DNA of 64,000 nucleotides from assembly GCA_951406725.2 (NCBI GenBank), contig OX597827.1, forward strand, positions 82,770,001-82,834,000. Reading direction: 5' to 3'. Both the position numbers and the translations under genes were made by a program. Below are positions 54,618 to 64,000 of this stretch, piece after piece (position 1 is the stretch's first letter; every line of letters begins with the position of its first letter). Below the pieces are notes generated by a model. The model saw nothing but the letters and a program-made list of their open reading frames with translations, made no database searches and had not been told where the DNA came from. Source of the DNA: Octopus vulgaris. Taxonomy: Eukaryota.

Positions 54618-54667
<50 letters not shown>

Positions 54668-54677
54668 AATACATACA

Positions 54678-54746
<69 letters not shown>

Positions 54747-54798
54747 ATATACGGACGTTAACGATGATGATGATGATGATGATACATATATATATATG

Positions 54799-54831
<33 letters not shown>

Positions 54832-55618
54832 ATGTATAAATTTATATACTGCTTGAAACGGTTGTACTGCATCACTTCTTGATATCCTGTTGCTTATTTT
54901 TATTATATTTATAAGTATATATGTCAGCATCATCATCATCATCATCATCATCATCATTATCATCATGATTTAACGCCTGCATTCCATGCTGGCTTGGGTT
55001 GGCCATCTTATCTGAATCCAGTGAACCAGAGGACCATGTTGCTCTTCAATGACTCACATGTGGCACGCTTTCTATGGCTGTTCTTTCCTTCCTAACACCA
55101 ACAACATTACAGAGCCTCCTCGGTGCTGTTCTTGTGGCACTGGCACTTGTGACGCAGCCACCTAGCTCGTAACCCACTCACACATAGACTTCTACACTTA
55201 AATATCTTTACATTCAAACATAGTCTAAGTGGCTGAGTGCTCCATAGCTACTTGTAATCATGATATGATAATTCACATTCAGAATTAACATGACTCTGTG
55301 TGTGTGGGCAAAGCTGGCATTGTGGGTAACCAACAAAGTCCTTCTAAAGGGCTTCCATGCAGTTTCTATCTCCCTAATTCCACTTATTTTAGTCACACGA
55401 CATGCATTGTACTCAGGTTCTGTGAAACTCCACTGGCCCCACTTAATGGACATTTAGTTTGAACCCAAAGCCTTAGGACTGGGAATCAAATTTCTTTAAC
55501 CACTTCACCAAACCTACAGAAACTACACACAGACACACACACACACACACAAACGCACACACACACAGATACGCATTCACATACATACATGCATACATAC
55601 ATTTATAAATATATATAT

Positions 55619-55879
55619 GGGCAACCAGATCGAACCATCTCAAGTGTAACTGTCTGAAATAGTCGTGACTTCTGGGACTTGACTGAGGAAAGAAGGCGAT
55701 GAATGACCCGTCTTTTTTCGCCTGTCCTTCTAGTTGTTGTTTCTCTTGTCCACATTTGTATTGTATATCTGTCCTAATATTTTACTGCCCTCTATTGCGT
55801 TTTTGTTCCATTTTTATATTTATATATATATGCACACATATACAAGCACATGCCAACACTTATTTCGATCTGGCTGCCC
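55619..55879. mobile_element. Small TIR-bounded element in a TA tract
   Basis: gggcaaccagatcgaa / ttcgatctggctgccc (15/16 complementary), flanked by TA repeats. Confidence 0.55.
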
Positions 55880-56348
55880 ATATATATATTTCAATGTATA
55901 TATAGATAAAATATGGTGGTGAGCTGGCAGAGACGTTAGCACGCCAGGTAAAATGCCTATTGGTATTTTGTCTGTCTTTACATTCTGAGTTCAAATTCTG
56001 CAGAGGTCGACTTTGTCTTTAATCCTTTTGGGGGTCGATAAATTAAGTACCAGTTGTATACTGGGGTCAATCTAATCAACTAACAGAATAAGTACCTAAC
56101 TTTAAAAAACTAATACTGGGTTTCATTTGTTTGACAAAAACTCTTTAAGGCAGGACCCCAGCATGGCCACAGTCCAATGACTGAAATAAGTAAAAGATGC
56201 ACTATATAGGCATGGCTGTGTAGTAAGAAGCTTGCTTCCCAACCACATGGTTCCAGGTTCAGTCCTGTATAGATATATATATATATATAACAGAATGAGA
56301 TAAAAATCCAAGGCTGTGAAAAATTTCAGAACATTTATAAAGAGAAGG

Positions 56349-56394
56349 TCTTACAGCTGTTTGTGGGATATTTTATATATCCCTTCGTCAGAGA
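56349..56394 (-). ncRNA. Degenerate hammerhead motif (GAAA mutated to CAAA), similar to 4416-4471
   Basis: Reverse complement reads tct-CTGACGA-a-gggatat-ataaa-atatccc-a-CAAA-cagctg-TA-aga. Perfect 7-bp stem II and the same ACAGCTGT palindrome. Confidence 0.65.
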
Positions 56395-56566
56395 TGGCGT
56401 GAGAAAATGGTTAAGCAATAGTTATTCTAGAGAAGATGTGAAATAGAGAGTGAAGTGGAGGAATGAAAGTAGACATGAGATATGCAGGGATATTGTATCT
56501 GCAGTTCCATTATTTAAGCAGAATGGTATATATATATACCATTCGGCTTAAATAAAAGTATATAAC

Positions 56567-56610
<44 letters not shown>

Positions 56611-56624
56611 GATTCATAAACATG

Positions 56625-56667
<43 letters not shown>

Positions 56668-56977
56668 CAGCTAAAATACATATGCATCCATATGTGTGTT
56701 GATGTGAGTGATTGTATGTATGTGACAGGCTCAATCTTATAAAGTGTATAAGTGGCAAGTGGAATATATCCAGTGTGGAGGACCCTAAAGTTAAGAAAGA
56801 GTTTACAACAGTAACAACAAGAGCAACAACAACAACAACAAATTAGATGACGATTGTGGACACTGAGAAGTTCTTCCAAAAGAATTACACGACAGTCTTT
56901 CCTAAGTGCAGCATGCAGCCATCTTTTAGATGAAGCCACTTTATCACAATACATACATATGCACACATACACACAAT

Positions 56978-57009
<32 letters not shown>

Positions 57010-57077
57010 TATATATATATATACATACACACACACACACACACATATAGATATATATATATATATACACACACACA

Positions 57078-57108
<31 letters not shown>

Positions 57109-57200
57109 GTAATACTCATATACACCTTAGTGTATGCTTGTGAGTATATCCATACATATATATGTACATATATATAGACCTATATATATACATCTGTATG

Positions 57201-57278
<78 letters not shown>

Positions 57279-57335
57279 TCATCATCATCATCGTTTAACA
57301 TCTGGAGAACGGACGTTAAACGATGATGATGATGA

Positions 57336-57382
<47 letters not shown>

Positions 57383-57556
57383 TACATACATACATACATA
57401 CATGCATACATACATACATACATACATATGGATATAGATATGCATATACACATATATATATAGGTATAGATACATATACATATGTATACCTTTATATATA
57501 CATATGTCTATATCTATATCTATATCTATATCTATATCTATCTATCTATCTATCTA

Positions 57557-57596
<40 letters not shown>

Positions 57597-57832
57597 CATA
57601 TACATATACAAATATATATATATATATACATACACATACATACATACTTTTATATGTATATTTATATTTACATATCAAGATATGAATATATATCTATGGA
57701 TTTCAACATCCTCACCCTCCTCTTCATCATCATCATCATCTACATAACTATCATTCTACTTATACATGTCTATGAGCATATGTGTATGCATGCATACATA
57801 AATCCAAATCTTACACATATACATGTGTGTGC

Positions 57833-57872
<40 letters not shown>

Positions 57873-58273
57873 ATGCAAATATTTCATAAATATATATATA
57901 AATATAAAAAACATATGCATAAGTATATATATATGCATGTATGTATGTGTGTATGTATGTATGAATGTATGTATGTATGTATGTATGTATGTATGTATGT
58001 ATGTATGTATGTATGTATGTATGTATGTATGTATGTATGTATGTATGTATGTATGTATGTATGTATGTATGTATGTATGTATGTATGTATGTATGTATGT
58101 ATGTATGAATGTATGTATGTATGTATGTATGTATGTATGTATGTATGCACCTATATACACACACAAACACACACTCACACACACACACATATGTACGTAC
58201 ATACGTACATAAATACATATATAAATACATGCATACATATATATATACATTTATATACATATTTCTGTGTATG

Positions 58274-58319
<46 letters not shown>

Positions 58320-58507
58320 GGAATTGTTGCAAGCTTTCATTTGCTTGCACAATGTTAGTGTAATTCAGTTCACACAAACATCAGTCTTTAATTAGCACCT
58401 GGTAGGCAGGTGGGTGTGGGGGGGGAGGGGGACGGATATTGATTACCAGCGACTTTAATAACAATGTGCTCCTATGTAGTTATGTATGCACGTAGATAGA
58501 CATATCC

Positions 58508-58545
<38 letters not shown>

Positions 58546-58676
58546 ATGCAAGCATGTGGACATAAGTGTGTGTGTGTGTGTGTGTGTGCATATGTATAAA
58601 TATATTCATAAAAGTAGTGTGTGTAATTCTAACTATAATATGCAGTTCACTGATCATATATACTCACACACACACA

Positions 58677-58719
<43 letters not shown>

Positions 58720-58759
58720 CATATGATATATTTCTCTATGTGAATGTCTTAGTATATAT

Positions 58760-58889
<130 letters not shown>

Positions 58890-59106
58890 TTATATATATA
58901 TATATATATATATATGCATGGATATGTATATATACATATATATATGTATGCATGTATATGTATATATACATATATATACATGTATGTATGTGTCAGTGTG
59001 TATTTAAGCATATAATTATATATACAATTCATTTCAAACATACACACATATATAATGTGCATATGTGTATATAATTATATATATTACTCACATACATACA
59101 TACCTA

Positions 59107-59142
<36 letters not shown>

Positions 59143-59580
59143 TTACACATTTACATAAGTATTCTCAGTATGTGTGTGTGTGTGTGTGTGTGCACAAGAA
59201 CACTTCTGTAATGAAAGGGAATGAGAAATTAGAAAAATGTGAAAAGAAAACTCCATGTGAGTAATAATACATGTGTGTGTGTGTGTGCATGTGGGAGTGA
59301 TGGATATGATTAGTGTGAATGCATCTGTGTGTGTCTGTGAGTCGGCATGTGTGTGCATATGCGTGTATGCGTGTGTGACAGTCTTTAATATCCATTTCAC
59401 TAAATGAAACCTTGGGTCATATTTTTGCATTCAAATCAGATAGAGTTGATTATTGCAGCTACACTACAGTTAGGAAATAGGAAATAATTATTCTGTCACA
59501 GATAAAACAATTTTTTTTCATATGTACGGATATATATAATTACGGTTTGGTGTGTGTGTGTGTGTGCATGTGCATAATAT

Positions 59581-59633
<53 letters not shown>

Positions 59634-60040
59634 TATACACCAACTCATATTCATATATGATTTGTATGAATATTTTCCATATACATCCATACGTATGAAA
59701 CTATATGTACACATAAACAGTCACACTCTTATTTACAAACACATACACACACATTTATATACATACACACACACACACACACACACACATGGAGGGGTTA
59801 CAGAGAAGCATAAGCACTCACTACAGAAGTAGAGTACAGATATTAATTGTAATGCAGAGAATTACTCTCTGTTCCAACTCAGAGTTTTGCGAATACTTTT
59901 GTGCACGTCTGTCTGTCTGTCTGCCTGTCTGTCTGTGTGTCTGTTTGCAAATGTTATATAGTTATATACACACACACACACACACATAGACATATACCAT
60001 ATATATATGTGTGTATGTGTGTGTGTGTGTATACATAGAA

Positions 60041-60078
<38 letters not shown>

Positions 60079-60184
60079 ATATGATTATAATTATCACATA
60101 TATATGTGTATGTCTGTATATGTATATACATATGTATGTATGTACATAGCCATATATATAGCTATGTGTGTGTATGTATGTATG

Positions 60185-60229
<45 letters not shown>

Positions 60230-62227
60230 TTGCATATATATATATATATATGTACATATAAGAAACTTGAAGAAAACGTGATTTTTCCTGAAAAGGCATC
60301 CTGTGAAAATGGGTTACATGGAAAATAAGAAATAATTTCTGATAAGTAACCAAAAATATTCCAGAAGCCTATTTACTTCACAACTCATTATTGCCACATT
60401 TATTTCTTCTTCTTCTTTTCTTTTTTTTCTTTTTTTTTCTTTTTTCTCAAACATGTCTACTTACACAAATACATATTGTATTGATTTCTCTTGCTTCCTT
60501 TTACTTTTTGAGAGAAGGTGTGTGTGTGCGTGTGTGTGAGTGTGTGTGTGCGTGTGTGTGTGTATGTGTGTGTGTGTGAGTGTGTGCGTGCGCGTGTGTG
60601 TGTGTATGCTTGTGTATATATACATCTGTGTGGTGTGAGTGTTTTATTTTTCTTGCTTGCATTTTTTGTATTTGATTTTATGTTATTTATTTTATCATCA
60701 TCATCACCATCATCATCATCGTCATTTTTTTTTTTTTGAGGATGATTCAGCAATTAGAAAGAGAATGTTAAGTACCTTGAGTGCTTTCAATTTGTGCAAG
60801 AGAAACGCAGATGAGAGATGTGGAACCCATTGCTAAGATGCCTACATTTGCTTCAATGGTTATTGTATATGAAGGCCTGTAAGGAGAGATCACTGTCCAA
60901 TTATTCTAGAGAATTGGCCAAATTTGACAGGTTCCTCTGCTGTCTTGAATAGACAATGTGACATTGGCTTTAGTGAATATCAGCAAACATAATTCAGTTT
61001 TACTGTCTTTTGGTAAACTGTTCAGTCCTATACACACACATTCTTCATTCTGGCCAGTTTCTGCCATATAATGACCCTTTCATGGTTATAAACCACCTTC
61101 ATGTTTCATTTAAGTTCAAAAATGGTTTCAACCTGAAAGAGCTTAACAAAATATTTAAAACATTTTTTTAACAGAATCGTTGTTGTTGTTGTTATTCTGG
61201 TTGTTGTTTGATCAAATGTATCCAATAACTGATCATTCTTTTTTTTTATATTTATGACGATAAATTGAATCTTTGATTAAATCAGTTAACGATTATTCAT
61301 TTGTAAATGGTCGAGTATGATTTGAAGAATATCTTGCTGGTTGAAAGTCTCAGAAGACTTTTTTTCTTTGTTTATATGGTTATAGTTGCTACTGTAGATC
61401 TGCAATAATAGGCATTCCAGCCATGCCCAGGCTTCTAAACTTTTCTAAAAGTAGATTTCACATATTACCTACTATACTGACTTTATATAAGAAGGTAGGG
61501 TGTGATTTAAGGGAAAGCTGGCTGCTATTTCTAACATTGATTTGTCATCTAGTGTGCCGCTTTGTTGGCATGTAGCGTAGTGGCATGGGGGGGGGGCTGT
61601 GAGCAGCCATGTGCAATGGTAGTGATAGTCTGTAGTTGTGGTGGTAGCAGTTTGTTGTATATTTTCAGTTCAACCCTGATTTAGCTAAGGTATGATCAAA
61701 AGCTTTCCAGCCATGACTATACCATTTGTTCCTCAATGTAAGAAACCTACAACCAAATTATCAGCATGGTTTTATTTATTAATTTATTAAGACAGCATGG
61801 TACAATAAGAGGTTGATTTGACTGATGTTTCTAGCAGGTCAAGTGACCAACAGAAATCTCTTATTTTGAATACAGTTTCACAAACGGTAAATGTTTACTA
61901 ACAAAAATTTCCTATAGTCACACTCTTAATAATAATGATGATGATATTAGGATGTGATATTAGAGAAGGAGGGAGGGCCAAACCAGCCCCACGTTGGGTA
62001 CTTTATCCATTGACCCAGAATGGATGAGAGGCCAAGGGGACCTTAGTGAGATTTGACCACAAGGAACAGAGAGCCAGATCAAACATAGCAGTGCATTCTG
62101 GGTGATACTTTAAGTATATAATATATATATATATATACGTTATATATACAAACACATACACACACACACACACTCACACACAAACACACATATACACACA
62201 CACATACATACATATATGTATATATAT

Positions 62228-62396
62228 AGGCATGGCTGTGTGGTAAGAAGCTTGCTTCCCGACTACATGCTTTGGGGTTCAGTCCCACTCCATACTCCTT
62301 GGGCAAGTGTCTTCTACTATAGCCTTGAAACATCCAAAGCCATGCAAGTGGATCTGGTAAATGGAAACTGAAAGAATCCCATCATATACATACATA

Positions 62397-62457
<61 letters not shown>

Positions 62458-62700
62458 TATATTTATGTATGTATGTAGATATTTGTGTGTCTGTGTTTGT
62501 CCCACCCGCCCACCCAGTATTACTTGACAATCAATGCTGGTGTGTTTATGTCCCTGTAACTTAGCAGTTCAGCAAAAGAGACCAATAGAATAAGTACTAA
62601 GCTTACAAAGAATAAGTCCTAGGGTTGATTTCTTTGACTAAAAGTGGTGCTCCAGCATGGCTGCAGTCAAACAATTGAAACAAGTAAAAGAATAAAAGAA
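62228..62700 (+). mobile_element. SINE family A copy
   Basis: Collinear with 33276-33686. Confidence 0.85.
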
Positions 62701-63361
62701 TATATATACACACAACATGTCAGGCTTCTTTCAGTTTCCATCTACCAAATTCACTCACAAGACTTTGGTCATTTGGCCATATACGAAGCCAAACTAACAC
62801 ACACACACACACATACAATGTAAATAAATACATTCTAAAGATTAGCTCAAAAGTCTGCCAAACGGTAATTTTATTAACAACTTCTGTCTGATATTCAGAC
62901 ATTTCAGAAATAAAATGATGAGAAAAATATTGATGCCATACTGAGATGCTGAATTGGTTGACATGTCTTACTTGTGATGTCTGACAGAGAAGGAACTAAT
63001 TAATGAGCAGAGCTTAGGGCTTTCTTAGATGAAATGAAGAGTGTTTAGCCGTGAGGAGTAGGATTGAAGTAAATCATCAGAAAAGACCTCGTCTTGTTAA
63101 TAAATGGATACAAGGCACAACTGAGTGACGAAGAGGTTCCATTCTTTAACAGCATGGAGCCCTACAAGGCCAACTGCCCCTTCTTTATCTGACCAACAAT
63201 ACACAAGACAAAAGCAGAATAGTGAGACAGGAGCAGAGCAATGAAACAGGTGTGAAGTGGTGTGATATCATTGAGGAACCATTCCAGTGATACGTGTGGG
63301 ACAGTTTCGCTGACTGACCACTTCCTTACATGTATAATTCAGTTAGAAAGTTAAATGCTTC

Positions 63362-63414
<53 letters not shown>

Positions 63415-63825
63415 AAGAAGAAATGAGGTAATCAGAAGATCGGATGGTTTATATTTACAGATATTTATTTATATATTACATTTTTTACATATATATCATA
63501 TCACTTAGATCATTAGCGCTTTCTCCCATTCTAGTGGGGTTTTCAAATCAAAATATATATATATATAAATATATATACACACACACACACATATATATAT
63601 ACATATAAACTTGTTTCTCTCCGATATGAATTCTTCAAGTCTTCCTGAAGGTCTTCTTTCAGAGAGACATGGCTTTAGACGTGTTCTAGCATTGGAATCT
63701 TTGTCTTAAATATAAATTCCAAGTATTTAACTTCAGCTGAGTCGTTTTCAGAGTGTATGGTTTGCTTTAATCAACAAAACAAATACAACAAAATAACTCT
63801 GTATGTATATAAGCATGTCTCTCTG

Positions 63826-63908
<83 letters not shown>

Positions 63909-64000
63909 ATAAAAATGGTAAGATAACAAAAGAAAGAAAGAGACCTCGATATTATGTAAATAGAGGAATTTATCTGTAAATGTAATATGCGACAATTATT

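Larger units (their letters stand above)
54382..54620. mobile_element. Palindromic Penelope-like pseudo-LTR remnant between TG and TA microsatellites
   Basis: 83-bp arms (54382-54464 and 54468-54550) around a 3-nt loop, each carrying a hammerhead motif. The right arm continues through AATAAA and ~70 nt to (TA)n. Confidence 0.6.

Noticed and set aside
54148-54783. Inverted tail stubs nearly equidistant from the 54466 palindrome centre, suggesting a larger palindrome
   Set aside because: The intervening unique sequences are not complementary; likely coincidence.

Overview
AT-rich, microsatellite-dense eukaryotic DNA. The protocadherin type and repeat landscape point to a coleoid cephalopod, most likely Octopus (inference). 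One host gene is supported: a + strand protocadherin. A large exon (acceptor 677-678, ATG 737, donor 3116) encodes the signal peptide, six cadherin repeats and the TM segment. It is followed by a phase-compatible cytoplasmic exon (4874-5126) and a candidate last exon (10316-10341). The remaining ~53 kb is repeat-derived: several tRNA-derived SINE families, R4/Dong-type fragments in (TAA)n, RTE and CR1-like fragments, a solo LTR with TSD, a fold-back mariner, hAT remnants, Helitron-like pieces and a 1.3-kb tandem duplication that looks like an assembly artefact. Almost all other ORFs in the track are microsatellite read-through. The most notable signal is a set of minimal type I hammerhead-ribozyme motifs in short, microsatellite-adjacent, often palindromic elements resembling Penelope-like pseudo-LTRs. 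These include a divergent hammerhead pair in a 169-bp palindrome (54382-54550) and a sense-strand motif in the protocadherin intron (4416-4471). All calls were made by eye, and repeat boundaries are approximate.
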